In this document: positions 9,800 to 19,873 of the stretch, piece after piece
How positions within the stretch are numbered: the first letter of the stretch is position 1
How the letters are laid out: each line of letters starts with the position of its first letter
Position numbers and translations under genes: made by a program
Assembly (NCBI GenBank): GCA_038889235.1
Contig: JAWAHN010000001.1
Coordinates: forward strand, 312,403-344,402
Source of the DNA: Candidatus Jordarchaeales archaeon
GTDB taxonomy: Archaea; Asgardarchaeota; Jordiarchaeia; Jordiarchaeales; Freyrarchaeaceae
DNA: 32,000 nucleotides
Reading direction: 5' to 3'
The notes under the pieces: model-generated
Database searches by the model: none
Told to the model about the DNA's origin: nothing
Seen by the model: the letters and a program-made list of their open reading frames with translations, nothing else

Positions 9800-11239
9800 A
9801 TGGAGGGGTGTTGGACGAGCGGTCTCACGAGTAGTGTTGAAGTTCTAAAGTCTACTCTTGATAACAGGTTTGTGAGGTTTATGCTTAGGAGGTTTGTTGG
9901 ATGGTGCGAGAAGGATGGAGCAAGAAGGTTAAGGGTTGCGTTAGAGCTGTTTTCTGGTGTGAGGAGGAGCGCTTGTTACACTTGCAGCCATCTCGTGAGG
10001 CCTATTGTGGAGTGGGCTATTAAGAAAGGGGGTGAAGCTTTCGGAGTATCGGACGATGAGTTGAGAAGGCGTTTCCGCAACGCTTACTGGTGCACTGGTT
10101 TGATGGATGTCATTTTGGGGATAGCTAAGTTCGGAGTCAGGAAACCGTTTGTCCCAGGAGCACCTTTCCTAGTCGTTTGGGATTACACTTACGCGTGCAA
10201 CTTGAAGTGCAAGCACTGTTATGCTTCTGCAGGTGTACCATTGGAGGACGAAATGAACTTTGAGGAGAAGCTGCGTGTTGCGAGAAGCTTGGCAAACGCC
10301 GGGGTTACCGCTATAGCGTTCTCCGGCGGTGAGCCGCTTATCAAAAAAGACATATTCACCTTGATGAAGGAGCTAAGGGATATGGGGGTCTTCGTCGCTG
10401 TCGCCACCAATGGTACGCTCATAACAAGGGAGATGGCGAGGATGCTGAAGGAGGCTGGAGTCGGCTTTGTTCAAGTGAGCCTTGACGGCAGCGCACCAGA
10501 AGTGCACGACAACTTCAGGGGCGTGACTGGAGCTTACGAGAAGGCGCTCCAAGGCATAAAGAACTGCATTGAGGAGGGATTGTTCGTCGAAGTTTCAACC
10601 ACAGCGACGAAAATTAACTACGGCGAGATAAGTAGGATCGCAGACCTCTGCGAGGAGCTAGGCGTAAACTGGTACATGGTGTTCAACTTCGTACCGACAG
10701 GGAGAGGACGCTTCATAATCGAGAACGATTTAACTCCAGACGAGAGAGAAGAGCTTCTAACATATCTTTGGAAGAGGATGCGTAAAGGAGGAAAAGTAGA
10801 GTACCTTTCAACGGCCCCACAGTTTGCCAGAGTGGCACTCCAGCAGGAAGGGGATGTGAAGAAGATACCGGGGCATTTCTACAATCCTGAGCTGTACGGG
10901 CAGTTAGAGAGCCTCGGCGAGTTCATAGGTGGGTGTGGAGCCGGACGCATGTACGCGGCCCTAAAGCCGAACGGACTGCTTCAGCCATGCGTCTTTATGC
11001 CACTCACCGTTGGCAACTTGAGAGAAGACTCCTTCGAGGAACTCTGGAGCGAACACCCAGTTTTCGAAACACTCAGGGATAGGGATAGGCTTAAGGAGAA
11101 CTGTAGGTCTTGCCCCTACAGAGATTACTGCGGCGGATGCAGGGCGAGAGCTTATGGTTACTTTGGCGACATAACAGCTCCAGACCCCGGATGCGTAAGG
11201 AACAAGGAATTCTTCGAAGCCGTCAGAAAGATGAACTAA
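9800..11239 (+). CDS. Radical SAM/SPASM domain protein with N-terminal extension
   Basis: CNLKCKHC, FSGGEP, GCGAGR..PC and CRSCPYRDYCGGCRARA...DPGC. TTTATAA about 36 nt upstream. Confidence 0.93.
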   Translation: MEGCWTSGLTSSVEVLKSTLDNRFVRFMLRRFVGWCEKDGARRLRVALELFSGVRRSACYTCSHLVRPIVEWAIKKGGEAFGVSDDELRRRFRNAYWCTGLMDVILGIAKFGVRKPFVPGAPFLVVWDYTYACNLKCKHCYASAGVPLEDEMNFEEKLRVARSLANAGVTAIAFSGGEPLIKKDIFTLMKELRDMGVFVAVATNGTLITREMARMLKEAGVGFVQVSLDGSAPEVHDNFRGVTGAYEKALQGIKNCIEEGLFVEVSTTATKINYGEISRIADLCEELGVNWYMVFNFVPTGRGRFIIENDLTPDEREELLTYLWKRMRKGGKVEYLSTAPQFARVALQQEGDVKKIPGHFYNPELYGQLESLGEFIGGCGAGRMYAALKPNGLLQPCVFMPLTVGNLREDSFEELWSEHPVFETLRDRDRLKENCRSCPYRDYCGGCRARAYGYFGDITAPDPGCVRNKEFFEAVRKMN

Positions 11240-11868
11240 CCAATAGTTTGAGAATCTTTTCCTACTTTAAGTCGCCGAACATTTTTGAGGAAAAACCCCC
11301 GGGGACTGCAGCGACATTCCAAACAGGTTGGTGACACCTCCCATCTTTTAATGAATGAGGCTACAATAACCCTACTTTTATCTAGGCTTGGAGCAGAAGG
11401 GGGGGCGCATTAACAATGCGATGGCTCAGCTCTCAGTACTTCTGATTAACAACACTTAGAAAAGAGGTGTCAGCGAACTTAAATCATTGCCAGCCGAATA
11501 CTCGAATGGCTTCATGCTATCAGTTGTAGCACATACCACGCTTGTTGTGAATGCTGTGAGGAGACTGTATGCTGCCCCAGTAAGGATGAAAAATTAACCC
11601 TTAATTGGCATCTTTGCGCTTTTTTCGCTTAATTGAATGTGCAATTTTTGCGTTCCGGAAATCCCTAAGCCCCTCCCCCGGGAGAGCTGCAAAGGTGCTT
11701 TCTCGTTTCCCAACCCCCTCACTTTCGCTCCCCCCTTTGGGGGTTTTCGTGGATGGAAAAAGTTTTTCTAGCAGACATTACGGCTAGTTCCTTCAAATTC
11801 TCCTAGCACAACAGTCCCCCGGAATCTTCCAAGCGCTGGAATGGTTTAAGAAGGAGTGAAGGTGGTTT

Positions 11869-13209
11869 GTGATGGCATTTAAGGGAACAAAGTTTGTGTT
11901 GACACTCATGATAATTATAGGTACACTGGGCCCTATAGGTGGGAACCTGATTATCCCCATGATTCCTGTCTTGAAGAACGAGTTTTACACTGACATATCT
12001 GTGATAATGCTTTCGGTCACGCTTTTCATGATTCCATCTGCACTCGTCCAGTTTTTCTCGGGCAGCCTGTCGGATGTTTACGGTAGGAGGCCACCTATAG
12101 TAGCTGGACTGGTCACTTATGGTTTAAGTTTTCTCCTTGCATCCGCAACGAGCAACATATGGTGGTTTGTGGCGACGAGAATCCTGCAAGGTGTCGGAAG
12201 TGCGCTTGCAACACCAGTCCTAATAGCCGTTATAGGAGACCTGACGGACGAGACGAACAGAGGGAGGTGGATGGGGTTTTATAGCTCGGCTTTGAGAGCA
12301 GGCATAGCTCTTGCCTCGTTTGTGGGTGGGGTAATGGCATACCAGTGGAGACTGCTATTCGTCGTGATGGGGGTTTTAGGCTTGGTAGTCGCAGCCTGCT
12401 CTTGGATTTGCCTAGGAGGGTTAAAAGGCGAGAGAGGCTCGGGAGGCGAGATGATAAAGAACATGAAGGAAGTTGCGAGGAACAAGGGAGTTCTCGCCCT
12501 GAGCGCTGCCGGGTTTATAACATTTTTCTCCTACGTTGCCCTCATATCTATAACGTCGGACGTGCTCACGAGCTTCCCATACTTCATGGATCCCAGCTCG
12601 GTTGGACTCATACTCTCAGTGAGCGGGATCGCCGGGGTTATCTCTGCCTCTCTAGCAGGGTTCATAGCGGACAAGTTTGGCAGGAAGGCCATTTCATCGG
12701 CGGGCGCTGTCATAGCGTCTCTCTCCCTGCTAGCTCTTGCCGCCGTCACACTATACCCGTCACCTCTCTTCCCATTCTACTACATACCCAACGTACTCGG
12801 ACAAGAGATTGAAAGAGTTGGCTTTCAGATGCTCGTCTCCCTGTCCTTATTCCAGAGCTTTCTAAGGGCGGCCACTGCGGAAGCCTTCATGCACTTCATA
12901 GTTTTGATGAGCATAATGGGGGTCGGAATATCCTTCACCTGGCCAGCCCTGCTCGCCCTCTCCGTAGAAATCATCCCTCCACGTCAAAGAGGGGCTGCAT
13001 CGTCACTCTTTAACGGTATGAGGTTCCTCGGCTACGCCGTAGCGCCGACAATGTTTACGCCTATATATCTCAACGCCGGGCTGGACGCAGCGCTCCTCCT
13101 CAGCTCTCTAATGCTAGGCCTAGTGATCGTGATGGTTCACGTAGCAACAGGCAGCCAAGCTAAACCGGTCGGAGAGACAGAAGACCGCTCGAAGCACACG
13201 CCGCAGTGA
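11869..13209 (+). CDS. MFS transporter (DHA1/Bcr-CflA-like)
   Basis: Motif A GSLSDVYGRR and second-half GFIADKFGRK, RILQGVG, and about 12 hydrophobic segments. Confidence 0.93.
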   Translation: MMAFKGTKFVLTLMIIIGTLGPIGGNLIIPMIPVLKNEFYTDISVIMLSVTLFMIPSALVQFFSGSLSDVYGRRPPIVAGLVTYGLSFLLASATSNIWWFVATRILQGVGSALATPVLIAVIGDLTDETNRGRWMGFYSSALRAGIALASFVGGVMAYQWRLLFVVMGVLGLVVAACSWICLGGLKGERGSGGEMIKNMKEVARNKGVLALSAAGFITFFSYVALISITSDVLTSFPYFMDPSSVGLILSVSGIAGVISASLAGFIADKFGRKAISSAGAVIASLSLLALAAVTLYPSPLFPFYYIPNVLGQEIERVGFQMLVSLSLFQSFLRAATAEAFMHFIVLMSIMGVGISFTWPALLALSVEIIPPRQRGAASSLFNGMRFLGYAVAPTMFTPIYLNAGLDAALLLSSLMLGLVIVMVHVATGSQAKPVGETEDRSKHTPQ

Positions 13210-14287
13210 GCACGCCTCTTTCTTCTCCCCCCGGCGAGGAGCCCCATTTGGGCTTGAAAGTTTAAAGTCGTATCATCGTACGAGCACTTTGCAAGAACTG
13301 CCTCAGAGGGGGGCGGCTTCGAAGTAAGGCGCCGGCAGAGCTAAGAACATGTTAGGCTCAAAATTGCTAGCCATTTGAAGCTACAAGTGCCTTGGTGTAT
13401 TTGGAAGGGCGGTCCTCACCGTTCCCGGGTCAAGACGGGTCAACTCTTTTCACAGTGGGTTGTTCTTATCGAAACACTTGCCCGTCAATGTGACACTCTA
13501 CTTACCTTTGCTTAGCGTGTCATTGTAGCGCAGCATGCATCGAAAGAGGAAAAGACTGGCCGACGTTTATTTCATGAAAAAGCGGGTCTATGTGTTGCTG
13601 GCTTGGTGGGGGGCAGGCTTTTCAATGAGCAGTGGAACCTTGATGGTGAATGAACCTATCTTTAAAGGACGGGCAGAACCCGTCCCCCCTCGAAACGTAA
13701 AAACCATTCTCAGCGGTCACCAGCCTACCATGGAATTAAACCCTTTGTAAGCGTAGAGCGCACTGTTCACGGGGAAGTAATGTCACACAGAAGCTCATTA
13801 ACCCGTCCCGGAAGTCGCCTAATCTTCCCGCCGATTTATGCACACTTCCAGTTCTAAGAGCACACGCCACAGCTATTTTCACATCTTCGTCCCCAGGCTT
13901 TCCGCTTCTCAGCCTCCTTTTCAGTGTGCTCGCTTGGAGCTCTCTCCAGATTGCCACTATTCCTCGAAGGCAATTACCAACGGTTCAATGCTAGGTTTTC
14001 GGCGGATGTTTTACACTTCCGCTAAGACTGCAGGCGTGAATAACCGATATATAGAGTCGTTTTGTGCCACAATAGACCACCCGGTTGGCAGCATACAAGG
14101 CAGTGGACGTTGCGAAAAGCACCACTCTTCGCTCATGCCATTGTACGCCTAAGTCGCAGAAGTGTCTCCACTTCGGCCTGCCCGGACAGAGAAGTTTACA
14201 TTAAAAGCCGGGTGGTATCTTGTCAGGTGCCTACAACTGGAGGCAACAGTGCCCGGGGGAATGGGTGCGGGTTGGGAGACATGAACT

Positions 14288-14296
14288 AAAAAAGGG
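14288..14296 (-). terminator. Probable oligo-T terminator of the thiolase-DUF35 operon
   Basis: CCCTTTTTT on the minus strand about 30 nt after the DUF35 stop codon. Confidence 0.45.
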
Positions 14297-14323
14297 AAGT
14301 TTAAAAGAGTGGTATGCGATTTG

Positions 14324-14788
14324 TTACGCTGGAACGAAGACGTAGTATGGGCTGCCTTCTTTTGGCACTATTGTTTCCACTTTTAGCTTCATGCCGGGCT
14401 TAATTTTTTCTTTGAGCTCTGCTGGGTCTGGCTTTACCCCTTTAAGCCAGCCTACGGCTTTCGGTCCCTCCTTCAGCTTCGCCACAGCAACTATGTACGT
14501 TTCCTCCTGGGCGAATGAGGACGGTTTAACCATGATGGCCGTCGCCGTTACGAGTTCAGCCTCCTTGCTAAGCTCGACCCACTCGACCTCTGAAGAATAG
14601 CAGCTTGGGCAGTCAGCTTGGGGCGGGAAAGTTATCCTGCCGCACTTCTTGCACTTCGTTGTCATGAATTTGCCCTGCTTGAGACCCTCCCAGAAAGGTA
14701 GTGTCTTGCTTATAGGCAGCTTGTAGATCAGGGTGAGAGGCCTTGAAAGTATGTAAGGCTTCTCCTCCTTCTTAGACAAAGCGGACAA
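14324..14788 (-). CDS. DUF35 family Zn-ribbon/OB-fold protein (thiolase partner)
   Basis: FWEGLKQGK...KCKKCG....PP..DCPSC followed by an OB-fold; directly downstream of a thiolase. Confidence 0.93.
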   Translation of the reverse strand: MSALSKKEEKPYILSRPLTLIYKLPISKTLPFWEGLKQGKFMTTKCKKCGRITFPPQADCPSCYSSEVEWVELSKEAELVTATAIMVKPSSFAQEETYIVAVAKLKEGPKAVGWLKGVKPDPAELKEKIKPGMKLKVETIVPKEGSPYYVFVPA

Positions 14789-14798
14789 CCTCCTTCCA

Positions 14799-15959
14799 CT
14801 ACTTCCGGCTTAAGATTGTTATATACGCGTAGTGTCCAGTCCCTCCGACGTTGTGGGCGAGCGCGTAGCCGTGCTTTATCGGGGCCTGGTTGCTCTTTAT
14901 GTACTCTCCTCTCAACTGCTTCGTCAGGCTGTATATCATACTTGTGCCCGTTGCGCCTATCGGGTGCCCTTTAGCTTTGAGGCCGCCGTCAACGTTTATC
15001 GGGATCTTTCCGCCAATGTACGTTTGTCCTTCCTCGACGAGCTTGTAGGCTTCGCCACGCCCACAGAAGCCTATGTCCTCCATGGCCATGAGCTCCGCTA
15101 TCGTGAAGCAGTCGTGGACGTTCGCCACGTCAATCTTGTCCGGCGTTATCTTCGCCCTCTTAAACGCCCTTTCCGCCGCTACTTGAGCCGCCTTGAGCCC
15201 CACGAAGCTCTCCCTCTTGCTTAGATTAGCTGAGCCGGCGCATCCTTCGATAGCTTCTACCCAGACCGGTGTGTCAGTCAGCTTCTTGGCCTGCTCCTCG
15301 GCTGCTAGTATCACTGTGGCTGAACCATCTGTTATCGGGCAGCAGTCGAAGAGCTTCAGAGGCCAGGCTATGTAGGGTGACTTGAGCACTTGCTCTATTG
15401 TTATTTCCTGCCTGAACTGAGCGTACGGGTTGGTCACAGCGTACTTGTGGTTTTTAACGGCGACCATCGCGAGATGTTCTTCCGTTGCACCGTACTGGTT
15501 CATGTAGGCTGTCGCGTGCAACGCGTAGTAGCCGGGGAATGTTAGGCCAAAGTGTTGGAACTCCCAGAAGAAGAAGCCCGACCTCCCTATGAGTTCTACG
15601 ATGTACGGTGTGTCGAGCTCGGTCATCTTCTCACAGCCGACGACCATCGCTATGTCGACCTTCCCGCTTGAGACAGCGTTGTATGCCGCGGCAAGAGCAG
15701 CTGACGAGGTAGCGCATGCGGCTTCAACCCTCATCAGCTCGGCGTTATAGAGTTCAGCATAGTCCGCTATTGCCACCGCGGGGAGCATTTCCTCGCAGAA
15801 GCCAGCGTTGCCGACCACGAGGAGGGGTATGTCCTCGGGCGCTAGTCCGGCATCCTCTAAGGCTGGCTTGATCGACTCGAACGCCAGCTCGCCCAGGTTG
15901 ACGTCGTCCCTTCTACCAAACTTCGAGTGACCTACTCCTACTACAGCTACCCTTCTCAT
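14799..15959 (-). CDS. Thiolase (acetyl-CoA C-acyltransferase), SCP2/HDCF type
   Basis: VEAACATS (catalytic Cys present), VHDCFT, KGHPIGATG and HNVGG. Start at ATG 15959 is preferred; 15977 is possible. Confidence 0.94.
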   Translation of the reverse strand: MRRVAVVGVGHSKFGRRDDVNLGELAFESIKPALEDAGLAPEDIPLLVVGNAGFCEEMLPAVAIADYAELYNAELMRVEAACATSSAALAAAYNAVSSGKVDIAMVVGCEKMTELDTPYIVELIGRSGFFFWEFQHFGLTFPGYYALHATAYMNQYGATEEHLAMVAVKNHKYAVTNPYAQFRQEITIEQVLKSPYIAWPLKLFDCCPITDGSATVILAAEEQAKKLTDTPVWVEAIEGCAGSANLSKRESFVGLKAAQVAAERAFKRAKITPDKIDVANVHDCFTIAELMAMEDIGFCGRGEAYKLVEEGQTYIGGKIPINVDGGLKAKGHPIGATGTSMIYSLTKQLRGEYIKSNQAPIKHGYALAHNVGGTGHYAYITILSRK

Positions 15960-16071
15960 AACCTTACCCCTTTCCATCCGTTTTCCGACAAAAATAGATT
16001 CAAGCTAGATAAAAGAGTTTCTAAAAATCCGTGTGGCGACCGAAAGGGGGTTCCGGAGGGGGCGACCGTTT

Positions 16072-16902
16072 TTATTTATAGTAGAGGTTTTTCAGGAGTA
16101 TGGCGTCCCCTTCTAGGTTCGGGCTTTCGGATATCACTACACCTTTCACGTTGAACTCCTTCCATACCTCGACGAGCTCCAAGTATTTTAGGTCCGACTC
16201 TTGAAGGTTGACGTGGTTCTGCTCCCCCTTCCCAGTGTACTCTATTCCAGACACATGGATGTGCATGTTGCTGAGACACTCTTTTCCGAGCTCACTCTCA
16301 ACATATGAGAGTATCTCTGCGAACTCCTCCCTAGAGTTGTATTTGCCCCCTGTTCTGGCGTGAATGTGGGCGAAGTCTATGCATGGCAGGACCATTTCAA
16401 CCTCCTTGCTCAGCTGCACCAATTCCTGGAGGCTGCCAAACTGCGACGACTTGCCAGTAGTCTCCGGCCTCACCCAGACCTCTACGCCCTCGTCTCTTAG
16501 AGTCTTGACAACGCTTTTAAGGCAGTCCCTAACCTTGTCGTAAACCTTTTCTGGTGGGTCTTTCATGTAGGTGGCGGCGTGGAAGGTTATGGACGAGGCG
16601 CCGGCGGCGTAAGCCACCCTCGCCGTGTCAAGGATCCTCTTAACGCTCGCCTCAACCTTCTCTTTCTCCCTAGAGTTCAAGTTTATGTAGTACGGGCCGT
16701 GCGCGGTGAGCGCGACACCCGCCTCCCTTGCGACCGACCTAACTTCGTCGGCCACTTCCAGGGGCATTTTAACCCCGTAGACGAACTCGAGCTCCATAGC
16801 GTCGAGGCCCAGCTCGACGACCATTCTTACACCGTCGACTACGTTCCTCTTCTTAGTCAAAGCTAAGGGTATCCCCGCTGGGCCGAAGTGCAGCTTGTCC
16901 AA
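16072..16902 (-). CDS. nfo: Endonuclease IV (archaeal AP endonuclease, TIM barrel)
   Basis: HGPYYINLNS, FHAA, PETTGK, DFAHIHAR, HIHVSGI and ESPNLE metal-ligand motifs. Confidence 0.88.
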   Translation of the reverse strand: MDKLHFGPAGIPLALTKKRNVVDGVRMVVELGLDAMELEFVYGVKMPLEVADEVRSVAREAGVALTAHGPYYINLNSREKEKVEASVKRILDTARVAYAAGASSITFHAATYMKDPPEKVYDKVRDCLKSVVKTLRDEGVEVWVRPETTGKSSQFGSLQELVQLSKEVEMVLPCIDFAHIHARTGGKYNSREEFAEILSYVESELGKECLSNMHIHVSGIEYTGKGEQNHVNLQESDLKYLELVEVWKEFNVKGVVISESPNLEGDAILLKNLYYK

Positions 16903-16908
16903 AACATC

Positions 16909-18078
16909 TCACCCCTCCTTCATCGACAGCAAAAGCTCGCGCATCCGCTCCACGCCTTCAAGTATGCTTTCCATGGATGCGGCGTAACTTATCCTCACGT
17001 GTCCCTCGCCACCCAACCCGAACACTTTTCCAGGCGTTACGCAGACGCCTTTCTCCACTAGAAGCCTTTCAGCGAAACGCACGCTGTCTTTGACGTAGGC
17101 TGAAATGTCGGGGAAAACGTAGAAGGCGCCTTTCGGCGTTGGGCAGTGGACGCCGTCTATCTCGTTTAGGGCTTTGACCAGTGCGCGGCGACGCTTGTCG
17201 TACTCCTTCCTCATCTCCTCAACGCACTCCTGTGGTCCTGTAAGAGCTTCCAGGGCGGCCTTTTGGACGAAGCTTGCGGCACACGTGGTTGTGTTCTGTT
17301 GTATCTTGGACATAGCGTTCACCAGATCTTTCGGAGCAACAGCGTAGCCTATCCTCCACCCAGTCATGGCGTAGCTCTTGGAGAACCCGTGTATCAGCAC
17401 AGAGATGTCCCTCGCCTCCTCGAAGCTTAGAATGCTCGTCTGCTTGAAACCGTCGTATGTTAGGTCGTCGTATATTTCATCGGACATTATGTAGAATCCG
17501 TGGTCAACAGCTAAGTCGACTACAGCCTTCATCTCTTCTCCACTTATTACTCCGCCGGTAGGGTTGTTAGGGGAGTTAAGTATGACCATTTTCGTCTTAC
17601 TGGTGATGGCTTCTTTAAGCGCCTCTTCGTTCAAGGAGTAGTCTTCACTTAGTGGGATTTCACGCGGCACCCCGCCGGCGAAGCGCGTTATGTCCTTGTA
17701 CGTGGGCCAGGCGGGGCTTGGAATGACCACCTCTTCGCCCGGTTCGAGTAAGGCCAGGATGGCGCAGAAAATAGCGTGCTTCGCGCCGGGCGTCACAATT
17801 ATCTCTTCCACGTCAACCTCGCACCCGGACTTCTCCATGACCTTGAGCGCTATGGCCTTCCTCAGCTCGAGTATACCTTTGCTCTCAGTGTACTTAACGA
17901 AGCCCTCTTCGAGCGCCCTAACGGCTGCAGCCTTTACGTGGCTAGGGGTGTCGAAGTCGGGCTCCCCCACTTCCAAGTGGATAATTTTTCTCCCTTCTTT
18001 CTCCATGCGCCGCGCAATCTCCAGCATTCCAATAGTTCCTGAAGGGGGGAGGGTGGACATCCTGCTGGCAAGTCTCAA
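16909..18078 (-). CDS. PLP-dependent aminotransferase class I/II (aspartate aminotransferase-like)
   Basis: GEPDF, NSPNNPTG, SDEIY, GFSKSYAMTGWRIGY and GAFY. Confidence 0.95.
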   Translation of the reverse strand: MRLASRMSTLPPSGTIGMLEIARRMEKEGRKIIHLEVGEPDFDTPSHVKAAAVRALEEGFVKYTESKGILELRKAIALKVMEKSGCEVDVEEIIVTPGAKHAIFCAILALLEPGEEVVIPSPAWPTYKDITRFAGGVPREIPLSEDYSLNEEALKEAITSKTKMVILNSPNNPTGGVISGEEMKAVVDLAVDHGFYIMSDEIYDDLTYDGFKQTSILSFEEARDISVLIHGFSKSYAMTGWRIGYAVAPKDLVNAMSKIQQNTTTCAASFVQKAALEALTGPQECVEEMRKEYDKRRRALVKALNEIDGVHCPTPKGAFYVFPDISAYVKDSVRFAERLLVEKGVCVTPGKVFGLGGEGHVRISYAASMESILEGVERMRELLLSMKEG

Positions 18079-18307
18079 TCTTGCTCACCCTCTTTTCGCT
18101 AAAGAGTTTTGAAAAAACCGTAAGATAAGGTTTTGCTTACCAGAAGTACACAACAAAACTAAAAGGGGAGACCATTTTGCTGCGAAAAAAGCAGTTAAAA
18201 AAGCGGATTTTTCCAGAAAAATATACTGTGAATTGGTTTACCACAATTAATATAATAGTTGTATTGCAGAAATATCTAATAGATAAGGGTGATGATGATT
18301 GAGTGGC

Positions 18308-18601
18308 ATGAAGATTTGGGATGTTTTTAAGGAGTTTGACGGCGGGAAGGCTAAGATAAAGGCTCTGGCTCTTAAGAAGGATCTGGCGAAGTGTGGGTTG
18401 ACCTCCGAGGAAGAGGTGAAAAGGATTTGGGAAGAGGTCATAAGAAGGAGTGGCAATGGGGTTCACGTGAAGGTCACAGGCGTGAAGTTTCTTAACGTCT
18501 ACTGCGTGGTTGAAATGGAGGTCCAAGGTGAGGAAGGACCAAGGGACATGGCATGCCTTCAGGTGGCGCCTAGAACTGCTAAGACGGGCTTGGGAATTTG
18601 A
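18308..18601 (+). CDS. Hypothetical protein (3' end uncertain)
   Basis: ATG follows an AT-rich promoter-like spacer. Composition is protein-like but no family was recognised. Confidence 0.5.
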   Translation: MKIWDVFKEFDGGKAKIKALALKKDLAKCGLTSEEEVKRIWEEVIRRSGNGVHVKVTGVKFLNVYCVVEMEVQGEEGPRDMACLQVAPRTAKTGLGI

Positions 18602-18646
18602 GGTAAAAGTTTATGCGTTGTTTTAGCGTTTCTTCACGGTGGTTTC

Positions 18647-19153
18647 TTGATTAAGCTTTTTTGGCGCTGACGAGACTCTGTGGAGTATTGAGAGAGGGCT
18701 ATGCGAGCACAGTTGTGCCCCCATTGAGGAAGGTCGATGACGACGTCGTTGTAGATGCTGCCGGCGTGAGTGGTCAGCTTTTTCCGGGCGTTAGAAGGCT
18801 GCTCGAGGAGTTGAAGAAGAGGGGGTCGTAGTGTCCTTAGCTAGCGCCAACGACGAGGAGTCCAACAAGGTCGAGATGTTACTCTAGCTTTTCGGAATAA
18901 GAGGCTACTTTTCATTTCCGCAGGTCTGCTGGGAGGATGAAGTATGAGAGTGTGAAGAGAATGCTTGAGCTGGTTAGGGGTAGGTGTTGACGTGAGATTT
19001 TCAGAGGTGCTCTTCGTCGACGACTCCGAGTTCAATATACTCGACGTGGAGCAGAAACCTCCCGGCGTTAAGATCCTTCAAGTCGGACGGGACATCGCCA
19101 GCGTCGCCCAGCTACTCGAAGAGCTGGATTCACCCCTTCTGAGCTCTAAGTGA
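18647..19153 (+). pseudogene. Magnesium-dependent phosphatase-1 (HAD subfamily IIIC) pseudogene
   Basis: Reassembled across frames: MIKLF/FGADETLW/YASTVVPPLRKVDDDVVVDAAGVSGQLFPGVRRLLEELKKRG/VVVSLASAN..*LFGIRGYF/KYESVKRML/VRFSEVLFVDDSEFNI..PGVKILQVGRDI. Five frameshifts, TAG at 18885-18887, and motif I DxD changed to GxD. Confidence 0.88.
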
Positions 19154-19222
19154 TAGAAAGAGATTTAACAAAAATATGCTTCCCTTTTTTCTAAAGGCTG
19201 GCTTCCAGAGTGGGAGTGTCTC

Positions 19223-19873
19223 ATGAGAGCACTATCCGAAACAGAAAAAGAGGTCTTTGAGCACTTCAAGCTGCAAAGTGAGGTTATCGTAGCGTGCCTT
19301 CCCGTCGTTGAGGATATTTTCACGGGGGTATTGTCCGGAGTAGATGTCCACGAGAAGGTTAGAGAGCTAGCCTCTCTCAGGGAGAGGGCAACCGGACTTA
19401 AGAGGAGTATAATGGCTAAGCTTTCAAACTGGAGCTCGAGGACCATTGACAGAGACGACCTCATCCATCTCGCCTCGCAAAGCGAAGTCGTGGTGGAGAG
19501 CATAAGCTTCACCGTGAACAACCTGCTTATTCTGAGAAGGGACGTCGCCCAAAGAGTGCTTGGACTTGAGGAGTTCTCGTTGATGCTCAAAGGAGCACTC
19601 GAGTGCGCTAGGATGCTCGGCGAAGCACTACGTCGCTTCGCTGAAAAAGGTAAGGACGCGCTACAGCTGGTTGAAAAAATCAACAGAATGGAGCACGTTG
19701 TCGACGAGAGACATCTGAAGCTTAGGAAGAGACTGCTCGGCAGGGAGTTCGCCGACATCCCCATGAACCTGGCTATAGAAGTGAGCCGAGTCGTGGAGGG
19801 CGTCGAGGGCATCGCAGATAGGTCTGACAACGCTGCGGAAACCCTGAGGATGATACTGACCGAGCTGAGGTGA
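19223..19873 (+). CDS. DUF47 / PhoU-like phosphate transport regulator family protein
   Basis: Two helical repeats with IDRDDLIHLA...VVE and EHVVD...EGIADRSDNAAE. Confidence 0.85.
   Translation: MRALSETEKEVFEHFKLQSEVIVACLPVVEDIFTGVLSGVDVHEKVRELASLRERATGLKRSIMAKLSNWSSRTIDRDDLIHLASQSEVVVESISFTVNNLLILRRDVAQRVLGLEEFSLMLKGALECARMLGEALRRFAEKGKDALQLVEKINRMEHVVDERHLKLRKRLLGREFADIPMNLAIEVSRVVEGVEGIADRSDNAAETLRMILTELR

Noticed and set aside
11291-11824. Partial inverted repeats (GGGGACTG / CAGTCCCC) suggesting a MITE, or a RiPP precursor between the radical SAM and MFS genes
   Set aside because: Only about 10 matching nt, no target-site duplication, and no SD-led precursor-like small ORF.
13290-13330. 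Weak resemblance to IS200/IS605 right-end sequence
   Set aside because: No TnpA/TnpB motifs (RuvC, Zn finger) in any frame of the gap.
18520-18626. Alternative frame (KVRKDQGTWHAFRWRLELL...) suggesting a frameshift in the 18308 ORF
   Set aside because: No homolog recognised, so the frames cannot be distinguished.
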